From Clostridia bacterium (GTDB lineage: Bacteria; Bacillota; Clostridia; Christensenellales; Borkfalkiaceae): a DNA stretch of 64,000 nt. The stretch is taken from contig JAFXHX010000009.1 in assembly GCA_017536205.1 (NCBI GenBank), positions 1,003-65,002 of the forward strand. Direction: 5' to 3'. Under the pieces are notes generated by a model. It was not told the DNA's origin. It worked only from the letters and a program-made list of their open reading frames with translations, and ran no database searches. This document shows, piece by piece, positions 18,665 through 28,378 of this stretch; the stretch's first letter is position 1, and each line of letters starts with the position of its first letter. Both the position numbers and the translations under genes were made by a program.

Positions 18665-20041
18665 TTAAAGAAGTATTTTTTCGTTAACGTAACTAATAAC
18701 TTCTTCGACTGACATACGAACTTGTTCCATAGTGTCACGGTCACGAAGGGTTACGGTGCCGTTTTCTAAGGTGTCGAAGTCGATGGTTACACAATAGGGT
18801 GTTCCTATTTCGTCTTGACGGCGATAACGCTTACCGATAGAACCTGCTTCATCGTAAGTAACCATAAAGTATTTAGCAAGTTGTTTGTATATTTCTTTCG
18901 CCTTTTCGCCAAGGTTTTTCTGTAAGGGTAAAACTGCAACTTTATAAGCGGCGATTGCGGGGTGGAAATGCATAACTACTCTGGTATCGCCACCTTCTAA
19001 TTCCTGCTCGTCATACGCTTCGCAAAGGGTTGCAAGCATAAGTCTATCTGCACCGATAGAATATTCGATAACGTAAGGAATATATCTTTCGTTAGTGAAC
19101 GGGTCAAGGTAACCCATTGCTTTGCCAGAATATTCTTGGTGGCGTGAAAGGTCGTAATCGGTACGGTTGTGAATACCGTTAAGTTCAGACCAGCCTATTG
19201 GGAAAAGGTATTGAATATCGCAAGCCGCTTTAGCGTAGTGGGCAAGTTTATCGTGGTCGTGATAACGAAGGTGTTCTTCTTTAAAACCAAGCGCAAGCAA
19301 GAAGTCTTTTGCCGATTTTTTGTAATATTCGTACCACTCACCGTCGGTACCTTCTTTACAGAACCATTGATGTTCCATTTGTTCAAACTCGATAGTTCTA
19401 AAAATGAAGTTACCGGGGGTAATTTCGTTTCTAAACGCCTTACCCACTTGAGCAATACCGAAAGGCACTTTAGCACGGGTGGTGCGTTGAACGTTTAAAA
19501 AGTTAACGAACTCGCCTTGCGCAGTTTCGGGGCGAAGGTATATAACGTTAGTAGACTCGTCGGTTACGCCACGCGAAGTTTGGAACATAAGGTTAAAGTT
19601 ACGAATAGGCGTCCAGTTAAACTTACCGCAGTTAGGGCAAGCAACTTTGTGCTCGTCGATATACGCTTGCATTTCTTCTTGCGTGAGTTTATCGGGGTTA
19701 ACTTTACCCTTGCTGTGGTTTTCAATAAGGTTATCTGCCCTTTGGCGAGTTTTACATTCCTTACAGTCCATTTTAGGGTCGCTAAACGAAGCGGTGTGAC
19801 CAGACGCATCCCAAACGCGAGCGTTCATTAAAATAGCGGCGTCTACACCGAAACTGTTTTCGCTTTCTTGAACGAACTTTTTCCACCAAGCGCGTTTAAT
19901 GTTGTTTTTAACTTCAACGCCAACGGGGCCGTAGTCCCAAGTGTTGCCCATACCGCCGTATATTTCGCTACCGGGGTAGATTATACCGCGAAGTTTGCAA
20001 AGGTTAACGATTTTATCCATAGTAACTGCCTTTTTGTCCAT
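18665..20041 (-). CDS. glyQS: glycine--tRNA ligase (homodimeric class II)
   Basis: 458 aa with a typical GlyRS N-terminus ([20 protein letters not shown]). SD GAGGTG. Promoter TTGACA-17-TAAAAT. Confidence 0.95.
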   Translation of the reverse strand: MDKKAVTMDKIVNLCKLRGIIYPGSEIYGGMGNTWDYGPVGVEVKNNIKRAWWKKFVQESENSFGVDAAILMNARVWDASGHTASFSDPKMDCKECKTRQRADNLIENHSKGKVNPDKLTQEEMQAYIDEHKVACPNCGKFNWTPIRNFNLMFQTSRGVTDESTNVIYLRPETAQGEFVNFLNVQRTTRAKVPFGIAQVGKAFRNEITPGNFIFRTIEFEQMEHQWFCKEGTDGEWYEYYKKSAKDFLLALGFKEEHLRYHDHDKLAHYAKAACDIQYLFPIGWSELNGIHNRTDYDLSRHQEYSGKAMGYLDPFTNERYIPYVIEYSIGADRLMLATLCEAYDEQELEGGDTRVVMHFHPAIAAYKVAVLPLQKNLGEKAKEIYKQLAKYFMVTYDEAGSIGKRYRRQDEIGTPYCVTIDFDTLENGTVTLRDRDTMEQVRMSVEEVISYVNEKILL

Positions 20042-20206
20042 AAAGCACCTCGAACGTTATTTTATTTTTATATTTTATATAAAAACCCCACCTTTGTCAA
20101 CAAAAACCCCACTCTTTTTACTAATTTAAAAAATTACCCCCGTTTTTTGTATTGATATTTATAAAAATATGTGATAAAATATACTAAACTAACATTAAGG
20201 GCTTTT

Positions 20207-21841
20207 ATGGAAAACGTTATTGAATCAAAAAACTTTATAGAAGAAATTATAAACGACGAACTTGAAAGGGGCGTTGTAAACGGCGTTCACACCCGTTTCC
20301 CCCCAGAACCTAACGGCTATCTTCACATAGGCCACGCTAAAAGTTTGTGCCTTAACTTTGGCACTGCTAAAAAGTACGGTGGCGTGTGCAACCTTTTCTT
20401 TGACGACACTAATCCTTCAAAGGAAAAGACGGAGTACGTTAACGCCATTAAAGAAGATATTAAATGGCTTGGTTTTGAGTGGTTTGAGATACACTACGCA
20501 AGCGACTTTTTTGAAGATATTTATAACCTTGCAGTTAAACTTATTAAAGACGGTAAGGCTTACGTTTGCGACCTTTCGGCAGAAGAAATTAAAAATACGC
20601 GCGGTACTTTAACAGAGCCCGGCGTTGAAAGCCCTTACCGCAACCGTTCGATTGAAGAAAACCTTAAACTTTTTGAAGAAATGAAAAACGGCGTTTATAA
20701 AGACGGCGAAAAGGTTTTAAGGGCTAAAATTGATATGGCGTCGCCTAACATCAATATGCGCGACCCCGTTATTTATAGAGTTCTTCACGCAACCCACCAC
20801 AGAACGGGCGATAAGTGGTGCATTTACCCTATGTACGACTTTGCTCACCCACTTTGCGATAGTATGCAGGGAATTACCCACTCGCTTTGCACGCTTGAGT
20901 TTGAAGACCACCGCCCCCTTTACAACTGGTCGGTTGAAAACACGGGCGTTAAGCATAAACCACGCCAAATAGAGTTTGCAAGGCTTAACGTAACAAACAC
21001 CGTTATGAGCAAACGTTACCTTAAAAAACTCGTTGACGACGGTGCAGTTGAAGGCTGGGACGACCCAAGAATGCCAACTTTAACGGGGCTTAGAAACCGT
21101 GGCGTTCCCGCAGAGGCGCTTAAAAACTTCTGCGAAGAAATAGGCGTTGCAAAAGCAAATAGCGAAATTGAAGTTTCGTATTTAGAACACTTTATTAGAG
21201 ATTATCTTAACTTTAACGCCGAAAGGGCTATGGCAGTTACCGAGCCTATTAAGGTTACCATTTCTAACTACGAAGGCGAAGAAGACGTTGAGTTTGATAT
21301 AAACCCCAACGACGAAAACGCCGGCAAGCGAAAAGTTAAGTTTACAAAAAACTTGTATATAGACGGCGAGGACTTCTCGCTTAACCCACCACCTAAATAT
21401 TTTAGGCTTAAACTTGGTGGTTACGTTAGACTTAAAAACGCATATATTATTAAGTGTGACGACGTTGTTTTGGGCGATGACGGTTTAGTTAAAGAAGTTA
21501 TTTGTTCTTATATTCCCGAAAGCCGTTCAGGTAGCGACACTAGTGGAATTAAGTGCAAAGGTACTATTCAATGGGTTTCAGAGCCTTACGCTAAAGAAGT
21601 TGAAGTTAGAAAATACGACTATCTTTTAAAAGACGCCGAGTATTCTGGGCAAGATTTTTCAGAGCGCATGAATTACGATAGCGTTCACACATTTAAAGGC
21701 TATATAGAACCGTATTTAGCAACCGCTAACGACGGGGCTTCTTTCCAACTTTTAAGAAAAGGCTATTATAAAAAATCTACTAAAAACGGTAAAATCGTGC
21801 TTGGCGAAATCACTTCGCTTAAAGACGGTTTTAAAAAGTAA
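20207..21841 (+). CDS. glnS: glutamine--tRNA ligase
   Basis: HIGH motif LHIGHAKS and KMSKS-like VMSKR. I prefer the ATG at 20207 (MENVIESKNF) over the GTG at 20171, which lies inside the predicted promoter TTGATA-17-TAAAAT. Confidence 0.92.
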   Translation: MENVIESKNFIEEIINDELERGVVNGVHTRFPPEPNGYLHIGHAKSLCLNFGTAKKYGGVCNLFFDDTNPSKEKTEYVNAIKEDIKWLGFEWFEIHYASDFFEDIYNLAVKLIKDGKAYVCDLSAEEIKNTRGTLTEPGVESPYRNRSIEENLKLFEEMKNGVYKDGEKVLRAKIDMASPNINMRDPVIYRVLHATHHRTGDKWCIYPMYDFAHPLCDSMQGITHSLCTLEFEDHRPLYNWSVENTGVKHKPRQIEFARLNVTNTVMSKRYLKKLVDDGAVEGWDDPRMPTLTGLRNRGVPAEALKNFCEEIGVAKANSEIEVSYLEHFIRDYLNFNAERAMAVTEPIKVTISNYEGEEDVEFDINPNDENAGKRKVKFTKNLYIDGEDFSLNPPPKYFRLKLGGYVRLKNAYIIKCDDVVLGDDGLVKEVICSYIPESRSGSDTSGIKCKGTIQWVSEPYAKEVEVRKYDYLLKDAEYSGQDFSERMNYDSVHTFKGYIEPYLATANDGASFQLLRKGYYKKSTKNGKIVLGEITSLKDGFKK

Positions 21842-21850
21842 GGAGTTATT

Positions 21851-22471
21851 ATGTATATTATCGTTGACGTGTTGGCACTTTTATTCGTGCTTGGCTTAAC
21901 GTTATACGGGCTTAAAGCAGGCTTTTTCAATTCTACTGTCAATTTGCTTTTAGTTATAGTTTGCTTTGCAGGCTCGCTAGTAGCGTCGTATTTTACGGTA
22001 ACTGAAGTTTTTGCTAAATGGGGCTGGCTTGAAGAAATTACGCTATTTTTCCAAGGAGTTTTAGGAAATAGCAAAATACAAGGTGGGCAAGAAATAGTTG
22101 ACCTCGTTGCGTATTACCTTGGTCTTGGGCTTTTAATTATAATTACCGCTATCGTTTACGGCGTAGTTTTAAACATAGTAAGAAAGTTAATACTCGGCTT
22201 GTTTAAAAAGATTAACTCTGTTGCCTTCTTCGGCTTTTTCGATAAACTTTTAGGTTTTATTATTAACTTTGCTTTATCTGCAGGCATCGTTCTTGCAATT
22301 ATGGCGTTCTTTTACGTATTTGAAGAAGGTGGCGTTATGTTCACTTACGCTAACGAAGTAATAAGAGCAAGCGAAGTTTTATCGTTTATTCACGACATCA
22401 ACCCCCTTAACGCATTGTTTAGCGATTTAGGTATTGCAGAAACTCTTACTAATTTATTTACTTCAATGTAA
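21851..22471 (+). CDS. CvpA family membrane protein
   Basis: 206 aa, 4 TM, CvpA-like N-terminus. Terminator AACCGACC/GGTCGGTT follows at about 22474-22500. Confidence 0.5.
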   Translation: MYIIVDVLALLFVLGLTLYGLKAGFFNSTVNLLLVIVCFAGSLVASYFTVTEVFAKWGWLEEITLFFQGVLGNSKIQGGQEIVDLVAYYLGLGLLIIITAIVYGVVLNIVRKLILGLFKKINSVAFFGFFDKLLGFIINFALSAGIVLAIMAFFYVFEEGGVMFTYANEVIRASEVLSFIHDINPLNALFSDLGIAETLTNLFTSM

Positions 22472-22500
22472 AATAAAACCGACCTTTTACGGTCGGTTTT

Positions 22501-22647
22501 TTATTGCGCTTTTTCAGTTTGTTTAACGCTTTCAGTTTTATAGTTTTTTAAAAACAAGTCTTTACACGAAATATAAACGGGCTTTTCTTGGGGTTTTACG
22601 TTAACCGTTTCAAAACACCAAGCGTATAATTTATCAATAAGTTTCAT
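22501..22647 (-). CDS. 48-aa hypothetical small protein
   Basis: Below the track cutoff. AAAGGAGAAACC SD upstream of the ATG. Sequence MKLIDKLYAWCFETVNVKPQEKPVYISCKDLFLKNYKTESVKQTEKAQ. Confidence 0.3.
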   Translation of the reverse strand: MKLIDKLYAWCFETVNVKPQEKPVYISCKDLFLKNYKTESVKQTEKAQ

Positions 22648-22771
22648 AGTGGTTTCTCCTTTTACACCACTATTTTATTAAACTAAATATGCCAAATGCC
22701 TGTCATATTATAAAAGATTTTGTAAAAATATTTATTTTTTTGGAAGTAAAGCACGCCAAACGGCGCGCTTT

Positions 22772-22972
22772 TTAATCTTTTATTTTTTGGTATAACCTAC
22801 AATGGCAAAAACCTTCGAAATTAGGGTCGGCAATCTGGTCGCGAAACTCTTTGCACATACAAACGTTTTCGGGGGTTTTTTGAAGTCTGCACGGGCAATA
22901 CCCGTCTTTTTTCTTTAAGCCTTCACGTATTGCGCTAACGATTTTTTCATCGGGATTAAATATAATTTTCAT
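22772..22972 (-). CDS. ferredoxin-thioredoxin reductase catalytic-subunit-like protein
   Basis: CPC...CMC...CHC cysteine pattern of the FTR beta family. 66 aa. SD AAGGAG. Confidence 0.65.
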   Translation of the reverse strand: MKIIFNPDEKIVSAIREGLKKKDGYCPCRLQKTPENVCMCKEFRDQIADPNFEGFCHCRLYQKIKD

Positions 22973-23024
22973 AAATATCTCCTTTTTTATTGACTAAACT
23001 TATAAAATGTAATACACTTTTTAT

Positions 23025-23501
23025 ATGGAAAGTAAAATTATTTTGAACTACACCCCGTCTTGTAGCGACCTTAGCGTGTACGACGGGTTTTACGTTAATA
23101 GTTTAGAGCACAATTTAAGCCTTTTTATAGGCAAAGAACTGTTTTTTGACGTTAGAAGTTTAAGCGCAAACGATATTATTAGCGCAAGCACTCAACTAAG
23201 CGGACAAAACGCAACTTTTATAGTTGATTCTATTATGCAAGTGGCGTTTATAAAATCGGTAAACCCTAGCGCAAATATTAGTTTTTATTACGAAAAATAT
23301 TCGCCTAACGTTCTTCCCTTTTTAATAACCAACGGGTTTGAAGTTACCTTTAACTACCCAACGCTTGCGCCCGAACGAGTTAACGAAATGCACAGCGCAG
23401 GCATTAAAGTAAACGCAGTTTTTCTTTCTAAAAAAGATGAAGTTGGGGTTTTAAAATACTATAACGTTGACTATATAACGGTTAATGATAGCCTTAAATA
23501 A
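23025..23501 (+). CDS. hypothetical protein (weak GDPD-like C-terminus)
   Basis: 158-aa ORF. The only hint is C-terminal VDYITVND, resembling glycerophosphodiester phosphodiesterase ends. Confidence 0.3.
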   Translation: MESKIILNYTPSCSDLSVYDGFYVNSLEHNLSLFIGKELFFDVRSLSANDIISASTQLSGQNATFIVDSIMQVAFIKSVNPSANISFYYEKYSPNVLPFLITNGFEVTFNYPTLAPERVNEMHSAGIKVNAVFLSKKDEVGVLKYYNVDYITVNDSLK

Positions 23502-23985
23502 GTTTAATTTCACAGCCTTTTCCGTAAACGGAAAGGCTGTATTTTTTTTCGCCTACTAATAAGGTTTGAGTTATTCCCACAAAACTAGGCAAATCTTTTG
23601 TTAAGGCGCTTTTGTTAAAGGCTTTAATAAGACTTTCACGCCTTGTCCACTCGGGGAAAAAATCCTTTTCGCTAACGCCTAAAAAGTTTAGCGTTTTTGG
23701 CAGAACTTCTTTAACAAGTTCAACATCTATTCCAACGCTATTAGTTTTAGAAAAAGCAACTGCAACCACGCCGTTTGAGTGCGAAATTGATATATAACCG
23801 CCTTCTATAACGGGCTTTCCACTTTCTAAAAAAGTTACGGGTGGAAGTTGCTCTTTAAACACCGAATAATACTTTTTTAAAAGCAAACTCCACGCCGTTT
23901 TAGAAAGTGGGGTTTTTGCGTGCTCTTCTATATTTTTAGGCAAGTTAGAAATCTCGACTTCTTTACTATAAGAGTAATATATCAT
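23494..23985 (-). CDS. 4'-phosphopantetheinyl transferase superfamily protein
   Basis: ISISHS...GIDVE and WTRRESLIKA motifs. 163 aa. ATGA overlap with the upstream ATPase gene. Confidence 0.7.
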   Translation of the reverse strand: MIYYSYSKEVEISNLPKNIEEHAKTPLSKTAWSLLLKKYYSVFKEQLPPVTFLESGKPVIEGGYISISHSNGVVAVAFSKTNSVGIDVELVKEVLPKTLNFLGVSEKDFFPEWTRRESLIKAFNKSALTKDLPSFVGITQTLLVGEKKYSLSVYGKGCEIKLI

Positions 23986-26150
23986 TTTAAAATCCTTAAA
24001 GCGTTGGTAACTACGAATAAACTACTTAAACTCATTGCAAGCGACGCTATCATTGGGTTTAAAAGTATGCCAAGGGGATATAAAACGCCCATAGCAAGCG
24101 GAATACCTAGCGCGTTATATATAAACGCCCAAAACAGATTTTGCTTTATTATACGCCTTGTTTTCTTGCCAACTTTAATCGCCTTAGAAACTGCCGTTAA
24201 ATCGCCGTTTAGAAGTATTACGTCGCTTGACTCGGTCGTAACGTCTGCACCCGTTGAAACGGCAAAAGAAACGCTTGCCACGGCTACGGCAGGGCTATCG
24301 TTAACCCCGTCGCCAACAAAGGCAACAACGCCCGACTTTTTATATTCTTTAACTACTTCTGCCTTTTGCTCGGGAAGAACTTCGGCGTAATATTCGTCTA
24401 TTAAAAGTTCGTTTTTAACAAGATTAGTAACAACGTTGTTATCGCCTGAAAGTAAAACCGTTTTAACGCCTAATTCTTTAAGGTCTTTAACGGCTTGTAA
24501 CGACGTGGGCTTTAAGGTGTCGAAAACTTCTATAAAGCCAAGCGTAACGCCGTTTTTCTCTACGAAAAGCACGGTTTTTTTGTTTTCTAGCGCAACTTGC
24601 GCTTTAACAAAAACTTCTTCGCTATAACAAACGAAAGACTTATTTCCTATTTTATAATTATTGCCGTTTACCGTGCCTAAAACGCCTTTACCCGTAACGG
24701 AAAGGTAGTTTGAAACTTCGTATTTAGGCTCGATATAATTTGTAACTGCACTAGCAAGCGGGTGGCTTGATAAACTTTCTACGCTAGAAACTTCTTTTAG
24801 TTCTTCTTCGTTAAGCCCGTAAACCCCACCAACTTTAACTTCGCCTTGCGTAACCGTTCCCGTTTTATCCATAACGCAAACGTTTACTAGCCCTAAAATC
24901 TCTAATACTTCGGCATTTTTAACAAGCACGCCGTTACTTGCAAGCCTACCCGTTGCAACGGTAACTGCAACCGGCGTTGCAAGCCCAAGCGCACACGGGC
25001 AAGAAATTACTAAAACGGATATTGCGCGCGACAAGCAAAAATCGAAAGGCTTTCCTATAATAAGCCAAACTATAAGCGTTAAAATTGAAAGCGCCGTTAC
25101 CGTTGGCACGAATATTCCACTAATTTTATCGGCAAGGCGTTGAATAGGCGCTTTTGACGCTTCGGCATTTAAAACGTAGTCTATAATTTTAGATAAAACG
25201 GTATCTTCATCGGTTGCAGTTACTCTAACTTGCAAATACCCCGAAGTTAACGTTGTTGCCGTTTTAACTTCGCTATTTTCGCACTTATAAACGGGCATAC
25301 TCTCGCCCGTTAACGACGATTCGTTTACCAAGCCTTCGCCTTTTATAACCACACCGTCACACGGGAAGGAATTACCTTCTTTTACAGCAACGACGTCGCC
25401 CACCTTTAAACTTGAAACGCTAACTTCGCTTTCAACGCCGTTTATAATAACGGTTGCAACGTTAGGCACTAGTTTTTTAAGTTTTTTAGTTGCGCTTTCA
25501 GTTCTTTTTTTGGCTTTTTCTTCAAGCACTTTACCTATCGTTACTAGCGTTAAAATCATAGCCGACGATTCAAGATATAAACTGTGAAGGTAAGTGTTTA
25601 TAATTTCTGCGTTTGATACCGTTTTTCCATAAATTATCATAGCAAGCGCAAACACGCCGTAAAGATAACTTGCACCCGAACCAAGCGCCACCAAACTATC
25701 CATATTAGGCGCTTTGTTTATAACGGCTTTAAACCCGTTAATAAAAAACTTTCTATTAAGTATTAAAACGGGGGTTGCTAGCGCTAACTGAATAGTTACG
25801 AGTATTACCGCCCCACCTTCACCCTTTAAAAAGTTTGGAAAGGGAAGTTTAAGCATTTGCCCCATTGAAAAATACATTAAAATTACAAGTAATATAATAG
25901 ATGGAATAAGCCTTGAATTAACGCTTTCAGGTTGAACGCCCACATTATCCTTATATAAATAGGCTTTAAAACCCGCCTTTTTTACAGCAGAAAAAATATC
26001 GCCGTTTGAAAACTCACCGTCAACGACAAGAAGTTTTTCAGTTAAGTTAACGCTTGCGCTAGTAACGCCTTGAACGCGAGAAACGGCACGTTCTACTGCA
26101 TTTGAGCAAGCCGAGCAAGACATTCCTATTACCGTATATTTCTTCTTCAT
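23982..26150 (-). CDS. heavy-metal (Cu+-type) translocating P-type ATPase
   Basis: N-terminal HMA domain GMSCSACS, plus CPC, DKTGT and GDGVNDSPA. I prefer the ATG at 26150 (MKKKYTV) with AAAGGAG upstream. Confidence 0.9.
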   Translation of the reverse strand: MKKKYTVIGMSCSACSNAVERAVSRVQGVTSASVNLTEKLLVVDGEFSNGDIFSAVKKAGFKAYLYKDNVGVQPESVNSRLIPSIILLVILMYFSMGQMLKLPFPNFLKGEGGAVILVTIQLALATPVLILNRKFFINGFKAVINKAPNMDSLVALGSGASYLYGVFALAMIIYGKTVSNAEIINTYLHSLYLESSAMILTLVTIGKVLEEKAKKRTESATKKLKKLVPNVATVIINGVESEVSVSSLKVGDVVAVKEGNSFPCDGVVIKGEGLVNESSLTGESMPVYKCENSEVKTATTLTSGYLQVRVTATDEDTVLSKIIDYVLNAEASKAPIQRLADKISGIFVPTVTALSILTLIVWLIIGKPFDFCLSRAISVLVISCPCALGLATPVAVTVATGRLASNGVLVKNAEVLEILGLVNVCVMDKTGTVTQGEVKVGGVYGLNEEELKEVSSVESLSSHPLASAVTNYIEPKYEVSNYLSVTGKGVLGTVNGNNYKIGNKSFVCYSEEVFVKAQVALENKKTVLFVEKNGVTLGFIEVFDTLKPTSLQAVKDLKELGVKTVLLSGDNNVVTNLVKNELLIDEYYAEVLPEQKAEVVKEYKKSGVVAFVGDGVNDSPAVAVASVSFAVSTGADVTTESSDVILLNGDLTAVSKAIKVGKKTRRIIKQNLFWAFIYNALGIPLAMGVLYPLGILLNPMIASLAMSLSSLFVVTNALRILK

Positions 26151-26284
26151 AATAGCTCCTTTTTTGTTATTATAAACCAAATAAAAGTTTTTATCAAGAA
26201 AAAAATATTTAAAATTACCAATAAAACGGCAAACGTTAATTGTATCATAGGCAAGAAACGCAACTAGCGTAAAGGAGAAATACT

Positions 26285-27421
26285 ATGAAAAAACTTTTAT
26301 CACTTTTTATTTGCTTATGCTTAGCAGTTCCCCTTGCAACGTCGCTTACAGGTTGTAAGAAAGACGATTCTTCAAAGGTTATGAACTTATCGCTTAACCC
26401 ATCCGTTGAATTCGTTTTAGACAGTAACGACAAGGTTGTTTCGGTTAACGCAACTAACGACGAAGGCAACTTCATTATTGCAAACGCAACTTTCGTTGGC
26501 CTTTCTAAAGAAGACGCTACCGAACTCTTTATTGAAGTTAGCGAAGAAAACGGCTTTATAGTAAAGGGAAGTTCTGGCGAAAACGAACTTAAAATAGAAG
26601 TTTCGGGCGAAAGCGCTGAAAAGATTTATAACGACGTTAAGGCTGCCGCTAACGAATACTTAGCAACCCTTGACAACGTTTCTGTTTCTATCACGTTTGA
26701 CGAAACTACCGTTGAAGAACTTAAATCGCTCGTTAAAGAGTGCATGCAAGAACTTACTTCTAAAGAAGTTGACGCTCTTACTGAAGAAGAACTCGTTCAA
26801 AAAATAGAAGAATCAAGGCAAGAAACTAAAAACCTTTACTCTCAAGAACTTAAAGACCTTTACTATCAAGAACGTGCAGTTGAAATACTCAACGCTAAAC
26901 TTGAAAAGGTTAAAGAACTTGCAAGCCAAGGCTCTCAAATGGTATCGTCGTTTGTTAGCACGCTTACTACCACTGCTCAAACTATGATTTCTAAACTTCA
27001 AGAGTTTAAAAACACTTTCGTTCAAAACTACCTTGACCCAAATAGCCAGTATCAAATTAAAATGCAAGAATTCATTTCTGCTAAAAAAGAACTTTTAGAA
27101 CAAAGACTTGCAGGCGCTAGCGAATTTATTTTAAACGCTAAAGAACTTGCTGTTGCCACTGCTGAATCGGCACTTGAAATAGCAAAAGCCGGCGCACAAG
27201 CAGCCATTTCTGCACTCGACCTTGCTATTAACACCGCAGTTACTACTATAAACAACACTATCGACTCGATAGTTAACCTTATCGAAGTTAAGGCAAGCGA
27301 AATTACCACTGCAATAAACAACGCTAAATTAGAAGTTAAGGCAGACTTTAGTACCGAATACGGCGCATACATTACCGTTAACTACTGGAACGGTTTAAAG
27401 CCCGAAACTGAAACGGCTTAA
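26285..27421 (+). CDS. lipoprotein, largely alpha-helical/coiled-coil, unknown function
   Basis: Lipobox LTGC. SD AAAGGAGAAA. 378 aa. Confidence 0.6.
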   Translation: MKKLLSLFICLCLAVPLATSLTGCKKDDSSKVMNLSLNPSVEFVLDSNDKVVSVNATNDEGNFIIANATFVGLSKEDATELFIEVSEENGFIVKGSSGENELKIEVSGESAEKIYNDVKAAANEYLATLDNVSVSITFDETTVEELKSLVKECMQELTSKEVDALTEEELVQKIEESRQETKNLYSQELKDLYYQERAVEILNAKLEKVKELASQGSQMVSSFVSTLTTTAQTMISKLQEFKNTFVQNYLDPNSQYQIKMQEFISAKKELLEQRLAGASEFILNAKELAVATAESALEIAKAGAQAAISALDLAINTAVTTINNTIDSIVNLIEVKASEITTAINNAKLEVKADFSTEYGAYITVNYWNGLKPETETA

Positions 27422-27429
27422 TAAAAACG

Positions 27430-27459
27430 AAAAACTCTCACTTTTGTGAGAGTTTTTTT
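27430..27459. terminator. bidirectional intrinsic terminator
   Basis: AACTCTCAC-tttt-GTGAGAGTT with flanking A/T runs. A near-identical hairpin lies at 46074-46106. Confidence 0.8.
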
Positions 27460-27466
27460 ATTTTGC

Positions 27467-28327
27467 TTAACTGTTTAGCATGTTTAATATTTTGTTTGCA
27501 ACGCTCGATGCGTTTTTAAGTTTTTCAAATATTTCGCTTTCAGTTTTACTTTCTAAATACCCGTTAACTTCTAAAGTAACGTCGCCACTATAACCTATTT
27601 CTTTAAGCGCGTTTATAACGGCGTTAAAGTCTATTTTCATAGTAAAAGGAAGCCCGTGGCAATCGTATAATAAATCGTTATCGTGAATATGCAGTGCGCC
27701 TATTCTATCGGCAAGCGTTTTAATCATTAAAACGGCAGACGTATCAAGCCCTTTCATTTCGGCGTGACCTATATCTAAACACGCAGTAAAATACGGGTCG
27801 GAAACAAAGTCGATATACTCTTTAAACTCGTTATGATGCGAGCAAGCAGCAGTTTTTGCATGCCCTTCGTCGTAATTCCAGTTCCACATATTTTCGGTGG
27901 CTATTTTAACGCCGTGCTCTTTTGCAAAGGGTAAAAGGTCTTTATACATTTGGGCGTTTTCTATAAGCGAGCCGTTGTTGATAGGGTGAACGACGCATAT
28001 TTTAGCGCCTGCTATCGCCGAACATTCTATTGCGCGCTTTATAATTTTGTCGGTCTTATTAAGGCACGTTGGAAAGGGAGCGTGCGCCTGATTGCAAACA
28101 ATGCCGTTATCTTCACCTATTTTTCTTAACCTTTTAGAAAAACTAGCGTAATTATCACTTGCCAAAGTGTGGTCGGTGTATTCTATTAAGCGTATTTCGT
28201 GGTTAAACTTAGTCATAGCAAACATGCTATAGTCCCAAGCTCCAAAGCCCGATTTAGCAACTAATTCTACCGCCCTTTCTTCGCCTATAACTTTTGATAT
28301 TTCACCTATTTCAGTTGACGTAACCAT
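27467..28327 (-). CDS. sugar phosphate isomerase/epimerase (xylose isomerase-like TIM barrel)
   Basis: 286 aa with the family pattern (CNQAHAPF, VVHP, ATEN, LDIGH, HIHDND). Confidence 0.72.
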   Translation of the reverse strand: MVTSTEIGEISKVIGEERAVELVAKSGFGAWDYSMFAMTKFNHEIRLIEYTDHTLASDNYASFSKRLRKIGEDNGIVCNQAHAPFPTCLNKTDKIIKRAIECSAIAGAKICVVHPINNGSLIENAQMYKDLLPFAKEHGVKIATENMWNWNYDEGHAKTAACSHHNEFKEYIDFVSDPYFTACLDIGHAEMKGLDTSAVLMIKTLADRIGALHIHDNDLLYDCHGLPFTMKIDFNAVINALKEIGYSGDVTLEVNGYLESKTESEIFEKLKNASSVANKILNMLNS

Positions 28328-28378
28328 AACCTTTCTCCTTATAGGTATTATAACGCTTTTTTACGGCTTTTTCAATAA

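Noticed and set aside
20042-20206. T-box leaders for glyQS or glnS
   Set aside because: The 165-bp divergent region contains two promoters and short leaders. It has no AGAGA/specifier stem and no GGUGGNACCGCG T-box sequence.
26181-26284. CopY/CsoR-type operator upstream of the copper ATPase
   Set aside because: I could not find a TACAnnTGTA box or a GC-rich CsoR-like palindrome in the intergenic region.
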